Assembly (NCBI RefSeq): GCF_964204645.1
Contig: NC_134032.1
Coordinates: 12,698,275 to 12,762,274 of the forward strand
Source of the DNA: Tubulanus polymorphus
Lineage: Eukaryota; Animalia; Nemertea
Length of the DNA stretch: 64,000 bases
Reading direction: 5' to 3'
Within the stretch, counting starts at the first letter, position 1; each line of letters begins with the position of its first letter. The notes beneath the pieces were generated by a model. That model did not search any database and was not told where the DNA came from. It was given only the letters and a program-made list of their open reading frames with translations. Shown here one piece after another: positions 53,539 to 64,000 of this stretch. The position numbers and the translations under genes are program-made.

Positions 53539-54026
53539 TAGACTACGTTTAGAAATATGTTACGATTTTAGTCACGTCCCGACGTCGTAGACGCCAGTTA
53601 ATCGCGTTGAAAAACCGAACTCGGAAATTTTGTTTTTATTTTTGAACCCTGGGCGCCGCCATTTTAAAGTTCGGAATTCGGGACGGACTGCTCGTCCGCG
53701 CCGCAGATTATAAACGAACGGATTCTCGTTTCGTGTAAGAATCTAAAGCCTAAAAAGGCCAGATTTTAGATCATTTTTACATAGCTAAATGTTTGAATAA
53801 GTAGCAAGAGCACCTAGATGAAAAACTAGGGTAAAGTCCTTCTCGAGACAGGGCGTTCTGAAACAGGCGTCCGTTTCGCAATCCGCAGCTGCGTGTCACG
53901 TGACTTAAACTTCATTTTCAGGGTCTAGTGAATAAAGCCGGTATTTTCTGACCCCCGAAACTAATTGAGCGCGCCATTGAAAAAGGAATTCGTTCGGTTT
54001 AATTGGATATTTGAGAAATTTGCAAA
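53539..54026. promoter_or_regulatory. Bidirectional promoter ABHD13/CAND1
   Basis: 488 bp between divergent ATGs; CpG-rich; YY1-type CGCCAT at about 53657 and 53972; palindromic E-box GTCACGTGAC at 53895-53904. Confidence 0.75.
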
Positions 54027-57000
54027 ATGGCGAGTGTGTCGTATCATATCGCTAACCTACTGGAAAAGGTCAGTTTGATGTCAAAAAAGTCCAGAAAACA
54101 GAACCTTCTCATTTTCTCTATTTTGAATGAATTTGAAAAGTTGCTTGTCATCTATCTTTTTGGTTGAATGTAGGCCTAAGGTACGATACTGTACTGCAGT
54201 TTAGTCAGTATCCGGACTGCAGTTTGGTTAAATCAGTTTGTAGTTCAGTTAAAATAAGTGCAAACCCAACTGCACCCGCTGCGGTAGACCGGACTGCAGC
54301 TGTCATTGTCAGCTTCCTTAATCAGTATCTGGGTAGCAGTTTATTAGTTAGCTGATTGCAATTTGGTTTAGTCGATAATCGGATTGTAGTTCATTCAGTA
54401 ACCGGACTGCGGTCAATAACTGGACTAACTGTCAGTGGGGTTGGAAATGTAGCGACTGCAGCGTTGTAAGCCGTAGCAATAATTTACTCCATGACGTTTT
54501 TTTTCTTTGAATTCCACGTTAAATGATGAAATTGATTGAAGTGAATTCACCGCGGCATTATTAGAACCTGTCAAAAATAGGCCATTAGCCGCGGCAAGAA
54601 AAAAATTGCTTCCAAACATGCTGTAGCGTGACTGCAATAAAGACAAGTCAGTATCCGAACCACTGTTTAGTCAGTACCCGTTGGTTATGAATAAATTTGC
54701 TATTTCAGATGGGTTCGGCCGATAAAGATTTTCGTTTCATGGCAACGAACGACTTGATGGCCGAACTTCAGAAAGACTCGATCAAACTGGACGACGACAG
54801 CGAACGAAAGGTCGTGCGTACTTTACTGAAACTTCTCGAAGATAAAAACGGCGAAGTTCAGAATCTGGCCGTGAAATGGTGAGTGCACGGGAAAAATAGT
54901 TGTTTTAAAGATTTGAAATATAGATGACTTGTTACTAGATTTAACTGGAGACCATGAAAATCAGGGAATTTGAATTGTTGGTGTATTGTTGTTCTTGCTC
55001 ATGATGAGTGATACTAAGAACCTCTTGATAAGAAATAGACCCCTCTGAGGATATCTAATATAGTCTAGAAAATCAAGGAATTCTTATTCCTTTCTTGATT
55101 GAAAGTCAGGGAATTATAATTTTTGGTGTGTCGTTGGTCTTGTTCTCCCCCACTGAAGATTTTGATAAGTTTTTAATTCCCCAAGCTGTAACAACCCTGC
55201 TGTATTAATTCATGTCTTTCAGTCTCGGGCCACTGGTGAACAAAGTGAAGGAATTTCAAGTGGAAACTATCGTCGATACGCTGTGTACGAATATGTTATC
55301 GGAGAAAGAACAATTGAGGGATATTTCCAGCATCGGTAAGAAAGAGTTTAGACTTTTTCTGATTACCATTATTTGGTTGATAATGTCTATGCAGTACTGT
55401 TTAGCTGAAAACCCAGCTATCCCACCAGCCGCATCTTTCTACAGTGGATCTTCATTACAATGAACATTAGGAGACCAGAAAATATGTTTGTGTGTTTAAT
55501 TGAAAGTTTGTTATATCCAGTATGAAATTGTTAGAATTTTGACTCAATCTTGATGGAAGTATTGAGAAATTGAGTTAGGCCTATCATTAGCAACACCTCA
55601 TGAATCCTCGCTTGCCACATGTTGCCTAAGTCATGGTTTGTTTCGTTCATTTAGGATTGAAGACAGTGATCGGTGAATTGCCGCCCTCATCAACGGCGCT
55701 CGCTGCGAGTATTTGTAAAAAGATCACCGGTAGACTTACTAGCGCTATTCAAAAGGTAAAATATCTCAATTCAGCTCCCTTTCTCCGGTCTCTGACCCAC
55801 AATTCAGCTCCCTCCCATCTCTCTCCCTCTCTTCCATTCTCTACCGCCCCCATTACAACCAAAAAGGAATCACCTCAATCTCAAATAAAACTTTATGAAA
55901 TCTGACCCCTGATATTTCAAATCTATGTGTGTGTCTGTGTTTCAGGAGGATGTGTCGGTGCAGTTAGAAGCGTTGGATATTTTAGCCGATTTGCTCAGTC
56001 GCTACGGTGGATTATTAACGAGTTTTCATCAGGCGATTCAACAAGCTTTACTACCGCAACTCGCTAGCCCGAGATTAGCCGTCAGAAAACGCTCGATCAT
56101 CGCTCTAGGTACGTAAGTCTATTCCGGTGATCAACGTCGCAATCATCCGTATTATTGTCAACCTTGATAGTCGCCACTCGGTCTTTGGCCGATCAATTCA
56201 AAGTCATTCACTTCATGAACAGGTTGGCCACTTACCTGGAAATCAGGGATCATTCATTTATTACGTATGCATAAAATTTGAATTTTTCAACCCCCTCTAC
56301 ACGCAAAATCGGCTATTTTTCATATACATTAAGCATTACAGTAAGCAATTGCACTGACCCCTCCCCCCTCCCCTAATGCGTACGTAATAAATGAATGACC
56401 CCTAAGGTAATTTTGAGGCTATGTCAGGGGAAATATGTTGAGATTGCTAGTAACATCATGTGTATAATCAAACAGTTTCCGTCTATGTCTTACATATTTG
56501 ACTGCGTTAAATGATTGGATTCTTAGCTGATCAAGTCGGGGAAAACAATGTTCATGTCGGGGGGGGGGAAAGCTGGTCAAATAAAAATCGCCACCCTGAT
56601 TGAGAAGCCATGTTTTAGTCTTCACGCGAGTGTATCAAATAGGAGTTGCTCCGGAAATATTCAAATCACAGCGTTCAGACTCATCCGTTTCTCGAATGGT
56701 TGGCTCCGGGTAGATTTACTCCCTTTTTTCTAAGGATAGAGTTCGAATAAAACTGATACTGGGGAATTTTGTGTTTTTCAGGTTTCTTAGTAACGAGTTG
56801 TAGTAACAGTTTATTCATCGAACTGATCAGTTTTCTGTTGACTGAATTGTCGAAAAATTCAAACATTTCAACAACGCGAACTTATATACAGTGTATGGGA
56901 GCTATCAGGTAAAATATCATCAAAGGCATCACGACACCAAAAGCTCAAACCTCTCCATTGCAAACACCTCTCTCCACTGCATTTGATATCCATTGTAGAT

Positions 57001-60000
57001 ATGTTTTACTGTGTGTTAATTGTTTTTTTGTTTGTTTTGTTTTTCAGTCGTCAGGCGGGTCACCGTATCGGTGAACATCTCGAGCGCATCGTGCCGTTAG
57101 TGATTAAATTCTGTAAAATCGAAGACGACGAACTGAGAGAGTTTTGTATCCAGGCGTTTGAATCGTTTATACGCCGCTGTCCGAAAGAGATATCGCCGCA
57201 CGTTTCAGCTGTACGTATCAGAAACGGGAATAGAAACCAATTGTTAACACTTTCAGTGCTGACTAATTAACACCCTATAGTGCTGGAGATAATTTGAAAA
57301 TTCTGAAAAATTCCACCCATGTGTGTTGAATAACAGGAATACCACTATAGTGCGACTACACCGCGGCGCAGTGTAATGTTAGTTACTAATATTTCACTAC
57401 GTTTGACAGGTGCTGCCATTTTTCAAGAGAGATAATTACTAATTACATCAATACACCGCAGTGCGGTGTACTAGCAAAATCTATCTCTGATTTATATACC
57501 GCATTGCGGTGTAGACGCACTGAAAGCGTTAAGAGTTTTAGTATATTGATATAGAATCCACACGAATGCTAAGGAATGAAAGCCCTTGTATTATTAAGCC
57601 CTTAGTATGATCCCGTGGGATAAGCATATCTGAAATTTTGCTTGCTCCCTCAAAAATCAACTTGCCCTACACAGCCAGTCCTACTCGACGTGGCACAATC
57701 CTCCGTTGTGATAATGATAACCTACTTGCCCTAATGAAAATATACTTGTCCCAAGCAATCGGACCAGTGCTTACATGATGTTAAACATGTGAAATTTTTC
57801 CTTTGAGCTAATGATGTATTGCAGGCAACATTTCTGCTATCATAGGCCTAATCTAAAACTGAAGGTAACTATCAGGTTACAGCCAAAGCCTGAATGAAAT
57901 AAGATAGCTCAAAGGAATTGATTTATCATCATTAGTGTGCAGGGGTTCCATACATGTATATTATCATCATAAGATATGGATATTTTAGTGTTTCATCAAT
58001 GGTTTATAATCATTACCTGGTTAGTTTGATCATCTCGCCCTATAGATAATCGAACTGTGTGAAGAGTATTTGTGCTACGATCCGAATTATAATTACGACG
58101 AAGAGGAAGATGAGGATGCGATGGATGTGAATGATGAGGAGGAAGAGGGGTAAGTGTTTGTGAGGAGTAAGAGGGAAATCATCGATGTGTTTTACGTGGT
58201 TCCCACTGTACCGGAAAATCGGGAAAACTTAGGGAATTTTAAAATGATATTTCCCGGTTTTTAGATATTGCAGAATTCTGATTGATTTCCTCTGATGGCG
58301 GAAATATTTTTGAAAATCATTTTATACTTCGTGTAGCTTAGTTGTGGGATATCAGTTGCTTGCTGAACCGCGACTTCTGTCGCAATCTTTTATGAAAATA
58401 ACCTTTGTCAACTACAGGATGGCATCTGTTTCTAGTTGGAAAACAATCCATGAGGTCCTCGGGAAATACTTAGGAAATTTTGAATTAATCATGGTAATAT
58501 TTGTGTTTGTGGGGGAGGGGAGTGGAGGGGGTTTGTGTTTGGAGGGGAGTGGATGGGGTGTAGAGGGGAGTCACTGATCTATTGTTTATGTTTGTCTAGT
58601 GAGAGTGATGGGGAGAGGTGAGGGGAGTGCAGGGGGTGTGGAGGGGAGTCACTCACTGATCTGTTGTTTATGTTAGTCTAGTAGTGAAAGTGATGACGAG
58701 AGGTGAGGGGAGTAGAGGGGAGTCACTCACCGATCTGTTGTTTATGTTAGTCTAGTAGTGAAAGTGATGACGAGAGGTGAGGGGGTGTGGAGGGGAGTCA
58801 CTCACTGATCTGTTGTTTATGTTAGTCTAGTAGTGAAAGTGATGACGAGAGGTGAGGGGGTGTGGAGGGGAGTCACTCACTGATCTGTTGTTTATGTTAG
58901 TCTAGTAGTGAAAGTGATGACGAGAGGTGAGGGGGTGTGGAGGGGAGTCACTCACCGATCTGTTGTTTATGTTTGTCTAGTGAGAGTGATGATGAATACA
59001 GCGACGATGATGATATGAGTTGGAAAGTTCGTCGCGCGTCTGCGAAATGTCTCGACGCGATCATCGCCACGCGACACGAGATGCTCGTCGAATTCTACAA
59101 GATCATCTCTCCCACTCTTATCAGTCGATTTAAAGGTAAACTATTCTAAAATTGAAATTAGTTTCTGTCCAAATACTGAAGTTCTTATTTACTCTTGGAA
59201 CTGTTTAGAACAGTCTACTGGCCTGCAATTGAAAGAGATTTTAACATACAGTAAACCCCCGATATACCACCCTCCCATATACCGCCACCCCCCGCTTACT
59301 GCCAAATTTTCTCATTGTACATCTCTATACAAATACCTAGTAAAACACCCCCAATATGCCGCTATACTCTCGATACGGGATCTAGATTTCTCCAAAATTG
59401 TTCTGCACCGATGTGGGGGGTATATCGGGGGTTGACTGTGTCATAAATTTTTGCTGTCTGAATTATCTACATAAAGGGTCTTAAGATTCGAACATACTTA
59501 CTGTAAGTAAGTAATACAGACTTAGAAATTCTTTAACTGGGCCTCAACATTATATGTATATATTTTGTAGAGAGGGAGGAGAATGTAAAAGCCGATATAT
59601 TCCATGTTTATATAACGTTACTGAGGCAGACGAAACCGAGCGTACTCACTGAACCCGACGCTATGGAAGAGGACACCGGGTAAGTAGTACTGATTTCACT
59701 TAAAGATTATCATCCACCAAAAATGATCTTGAAATTCCAAATTTTCCTAAAGTGATATATGCTGTATCAAAACTCTTTGATCCTAGAGATGAAATATGAA
59801 ACCAAGGAACAAAATTTGCTACTTCTTTTTAAGTTCATTAATCATTTGATTAGTCTTGATTTTCTTTGACATTTTGATCAACTTCTTGAGTACATACCGT
59901 AACTAATTGAGGTCTTACCCTGAGTAAGTCTGAGATATCTGAGATATGGTCTGAACCCATGTTCTGCACCCGTTGCCAGCGAGTCAAGTTGAATCTGAGA

Positions 60001-63000
60001 AAAAGCTTCCATTTTGTGAAATTTCTTGAATTTTGATGTTGTTACCATATGTGTAGAGAGAAATAACACCCCTGAAGGGTCTGTTTCACGAATGAATTAT
60101 CTTTCTTACATTCTATCTATTTTTAGACCGGTGAGTCTGTTACAGTCACAGATACCGACGATCGTGAAAGCGTTGCATCGACAGTTGAGAGAGAAGAGTA
60201 TTAAAACTCGACAGGGCTGTTTTCTGTTGCTCACCGAGCTGGTGCAGGTGTTACCCGGGGCGCTCACCGATCACATCGGTATACTCATACCCGGCGTTCA
60301 ATTCTCACTAGGGTAAGTATGATCTCCATTTAGGACCTTATGTACAGTCAACCCCCGACACGCCGCCCACATCGGTGCAAAACGATTTTGGTGGTATAGA
60401 GAGTATGGCGGTATATCGGGGATGTTTTACTATGTATTTGTATAGAGATGTACATTGAGAAAACCTGGTGGTAGGCGGGGATGGTGGTATATCGGGGATT
60501 GACTGTACGTTGGTCTATGCTCCCTCGGGGGGGGAAAGGGTCAAGGCTTTTGTCTCTGACCTAGAACCTAGAGTGCTATGGTCTCTATGCTGCTGCAGAT
60601 GGTTCACCTAGAGCTGGTATTGCTGTGGTCTCTACGCTAATCCAGGAGGCTGACCTAGAACCTATAGTGCTGTGGTCTTTACCTACACTTCCCAGGGAGG
60701 TTCATCTAAACTGATAGCGCTGTAGTCTCTATGCTCCCCCAGTGAGTTCTCCAGGCACCTTAAATTTCTTCCATGGGTGGCTCTGAGAATATAAGAATCA
60801 CTAGTACATATTGTCGGTCAGCCTAATCGAGTAGGCAGAATTAGTTTCAGCTGTAGCTTTGAATATCCGTCACTGAAATAATGTTTGTATCTGTTTTCAG
60901 GGATAAGAATTCTAATATGAAAATCGACACATTAGCGTTTGTAAATTGTTTATTGACGACGCATGCACCGACAGTTTTTCATCCCCACATCGGAGCTCTT
61001 ATTACTGTAAGTATCAATTTTTGCTTCAGAAAGTATTTCTCGGTGGAAGTTCTTAAGACCCAGGTTCGGTTTGTTTCAATCATTGACATTGAACTCAAAT
61101 GATGTCCAAACACACCTGGTGGATACCCACATAGTATAAATGGAATTCTCTATTGCTATAGTAGTTTGTGTTCTACTGCACACTAGCAACAGTGGATCCT
61201 CACTTGCCACAAGTCGATTCCTCTTTTGTCACAGAAGTTGATGTCCTACTCGCTGAACACCAGCAAACCGGGAGGATCCTCCCTTGCCACAATAGCTGTT
61301 TACATATCTTAAATTCAGATTTATATATTTCAGCCGATAGTTCACGCGGTTAGCGACCCGTTTTATAAAATCACATCGGAAGCTTTGTTAGTTACGCAAC
61401 AACTCGTCAAAGTTATCCGACCGCTCGGTCAGTATCTCCTCCCTATTGTCAACTACTCGTAAAATTCGAAAATGAAAATTATTTATTCGTACTTTTTCAG
61501 ACGTCGAGGTGTCTTTCAATTTCGCTGTTTACGTGAATGAATTGTACGACTGCGCTCTGAACAGACTGCAGGCTTCAGATATCGACCAAGAGGTGAAAGA
61601 GCGCGCGATTTCATGCATGTACGTATCATCGAACCTCCTACCTCTTATTACACCTTATTAGAGAGAATAAGACATGTGTTTATTAATTCATACAACTATT
61701 TAATTGATGGTTAACTGCTCACCATCTGTTTCATACTGCGAGGGTCAATATTCTATTTACCCGCCTATAAATGCCAACCAATTCTTACCCTTAAGTGCTG
61801 GAGATATACTTCGGGTATTTCAGACAATTTCACCCCCCCCCCCCCCCCTCATTGCGTTTGGTATAACGGGCATTCCGTGTATCTTCACCACAGCGCGGTG
61901 TATCGTTAGTGACTCATGGCTGCGTTGCTTCGAGTCAGAAAATCTTGCCATCATCTTCATAATTTATATATGAGATTTAATTTTGTCTGCTCTCTTTTAC
62001 GTTCTAGGGGTCAGATAATTTCGAACGTCGGCGACACGTTGACGTCGGAGTTGACGAAGTGTTTGCCGATATTCCTCGAGCGTTTGAAAAACGAAATCAC
62101 GAGACTGACGACGGTTAAAGCTTTGACGATGATCGCGTCTTCGCCGCTGCAAATCAGTCTTCAAACAGTACTCGTACGTATTGTAAAAACATCTAGTTAT
62201 TAATAAATCAATACTTCAGTACGAACTCAGTGCCACGGTTAACTTAGAATTTTGTTCATGGCAGAACTGTGTCTGGTTTTATTAGCGATATCGATTGTTT
62301 GTTGAATTCGAAATTTCAGGGCGAAGGAGTACCGATTTTAGCTTCGTTTCTCAGGAAAAATCATCGAGCCCTGAAACTTTCAACCCTGACGTGTTTAGAC
62401 GTGCTGTTTATTAATTACGGTAAGCAGATGATGCAGGGTTTCTACGACTCCTTAAAAAGTCCTAAATGGAAAATTCTTTTAAAGTTGCATGAAACTCCTT
62501 TAATTTGAGCAAAATATCTGAAACTCCTTCAATTTTGAGAAATAGGAAATTAGAAATTTTTGTCTAGTTTGTAGTTGTAAAGTTAACTACACCTTAATCG
62601 ATACAGTTTGGATTTGTTTTTACCCTGATAGGTTGGTTGGTAACTGTATTAGAAACCTAGTTTGGGTAGAGTTAAGAATAAAAATGTACTTTTAAAACCA
62701 CTGAATTAATGGTTTACCGTAATGAACAGTTCCGACTTGGGAGGAGTCTACTGTAATGGATATATGAAAGCGATGCAAGCACTTCCTCAAAATTTGGAAT
62801 CAAAACTCATTTTCTTATTGAAAACTCATCGTATCCAGGAATGACTGATCTGTAGGGACCCTGTGATAGTGTTTTTCAAAGCTAGGGTTTATTACGGGCA
62901 TTGAATGAGTGCAGTGAATTGAAAGCGTTGAAAAACTTTATCATTGCTTTGAATCGGCGTGAATTTACACGGAAGGCCTTGAAAATACAAAGTACGAATT

Positions 63001-64000
63001 TGAATTGTAGGTGACGCGATGACGCAATCGATGGTAGCAGACGTAATGAAAGAAATTCCGTCGCTGATTTCCGACACTGATTTACACATTTCGCAGTTAA
63101 CTCTCACGCTGTTGACGTCGATTTGTAAAGGTCACAAATCTTGTACGACGAGCATTCAAACGTCGGTACTGCCGCACTTACTCACCCTCATCAAATCACC
63201 GCTTTTACAAGGTATGTACGTACGTTCTCTAGACCAACGATTCTTTTCGTAAATAGATTGAAATCGTTAGTTTCTTCAGGGGTAATTATACCGTATTTGA
63301 ATTCGTTGAGGTATAATATATCATTATGCAGCTTGAAACCATCCCTTCAGTTAGTTACGTAGAAGTGTGGACAATCAGTTTCTTTCTAAAGATAAGCTGA
63401 TAAAATGTCTAATATCTGCTGCTGTTTGTAGTTCATCTTCGATTAGAAACCTCTCAGAGAGAGTCCTTGTGAAGTGTAGATGATAAGTTTTTGAAAGCGT
63501 GCTGATAAAATGTCTAATATCTAATTTTCACTGAGAAATGTCTCTGGTGAAGTCCTGAACACATGTTAAGTGTGGACAATCTGTTTCTGAAAATGAGTTT
63601 ATGAAATGTCTAATGTCTGGTGTTTGTAGTTCATCTTCAATTAGAAACCTCTCAGATAAAGTCCTTGTGAAGCCTGGACGATCAAAAATAGGAAGAATAG
63701 TAATAGAGTATTGAAGTACTGAAGGGTGGGTCCTGCATTACGTACATTTGACCCTTTGTACCCACTCATGAACCATATAAACACCAATAGAAATTGTCGA
63801 CTCCAGTTACTCCATCACTTCACGACAAAATTGAAATTTCAGTTGATGATATTTTTCGTTTGATATTTACGTAGGTGGAGCGTTGAACGCGATGTTAGAA
63901 TTTTTCCAGGCTCTCGTCGCGACGGGAACGCAAAAATTGGGCTTCAAAGATCTTCTGCAGATGTTGTTATACCCGATTTATAGTCCGACGCAGGACAATA
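54027..64000 (+). CDS. CAND1: Cullin-associated NEDD8-dissociated protein 1 (3' part beyond window)
   Basis: Exons 54027-54068, 54709-54878, 55223-55335, 55655-55755, 55946-56108, 56782-56908, 57048-57210, 58046-58149, 58981-59135, 59571-59679, 60127-60312, 60901-61006, 61334-61427, 61501-61618, 62008-62173, 62320-62419, 63011-63211 and 63875-end. Motifs [76 protein letters not shown]. Confidence 0.98.
56246..56402. mobile_element. Harbinger-like MITE in CAND1 intron 5
   Basis: TIRs GGGATCATTCATTTATTACGTATGCAT / ATGCGTACGTAATAAATGAATGACCCC. Confidence 0.75.
57248..57528. mobile_element. piggyBac-like MITE in CAND1 intron 7
   Basis: TTAA-CACTTTCAGTGC ... GCACTGAAAGCG-TTAA (TTAA at 57244-57247 and 57529-57532); related fragments near 49613 and 61790. 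Confidence 0.75.
58561..58995 (+). repeat. 75-bp minisatellite duplicating the intron 8/exon 9 boundary of CAND1 (6 units)
   Basis: Unit GGAGGGGAGTCACTCACTGATCTGTTGTTTATGTTAGTCTAG-TAGTGAAAGTGATGACGAGAG-GTGAGGGGGTGT; the last unit supplies the true acceptor at 58980/58981. Confidence 0.93.
59249..59438 (+). mobile_element. Tc1/mariner-type MITE, copy 1
   Basis: TA-CAGTAAACCCCCGATATACC ... GTATATCGGGGGTTGACTG. Confidence 0.8.
60345..60505 (-). mobile_element. Tc1/mariner-type MITE, copy 2 (inverted relative to copy 1)
   Basis: TA-CAGTCAACCCCCGA ... TATCGGGGATTGACTG-TA; internal TTTGTATAGAGATGTACATTGAGAAAA matches the reverse complement of the copy 1 interior (one mismatch). Confidence 0.8.
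61110..61292 (-). repeat. Minisatellite family A
   Basis: CTACTGCACACTAGCA..GTGGATCCTCACTTGCCACAAGT. Confidence 0.8.
63361..63683 (-). repeat. Repeat family B, about 3.5 units
   Basis: AGTGTGGACAATCAGTTT..GCTGATAAAATGTCTAAT..TGTTTGTAGTTCATCTTC repeated. Confidence 0.85.

Noticed and set aside
58561-58995. CRISPR-like appearance of regular repeats (also families A-C)
   Set aside because: Eukaryotic introns, no unique spacers, no cas genes

Overview
Eukaryotic (metazoan, probably spiralian invertebrate) genomic DNA with GT-AG introns. Left to right: the 5' part of a molluscan-type arginine/phosphagen kinase (-, runs off the left edge), with a candidate distal mitochondrial-presequence exon about 16 kb upstream; a candidate 3-exon 37-aa transmembrane micropeptide gene (+); a 5-exon CHST/Sulfotransfer_2 sulfotransferase (-); an intronless class A GPCR (+); a (TA)n microsatellite; a 3-exon alpha-tubulin (+); a 5-exon EGFR-ligand-like gene with no transmembrane anchor (-), carrying a minimal hammerhead ribozyme in intron 1; a secreted resistin/PCSK9-CHRD-like Cys-rich gene, possibly decaying (-); a 7-exon OST-alpha/SLC51A (-); a two-finger C2H2 gene (+); a 7-exon ABHD13 (-) head-to-head with CAND1 (+, 18 exons visible, runs off the right edge). 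Non-coding DNA holds MITEs, foldbacks and several dispersed minisatellite families. The most striking unexplained structure is a 75-bp tandem array in CAND1 intron 8: every unit carries an acceptor, an 18-21-nt in-frame acidic microexon and a donor. All gene models were spliced and translated by hand, and no database search was run.
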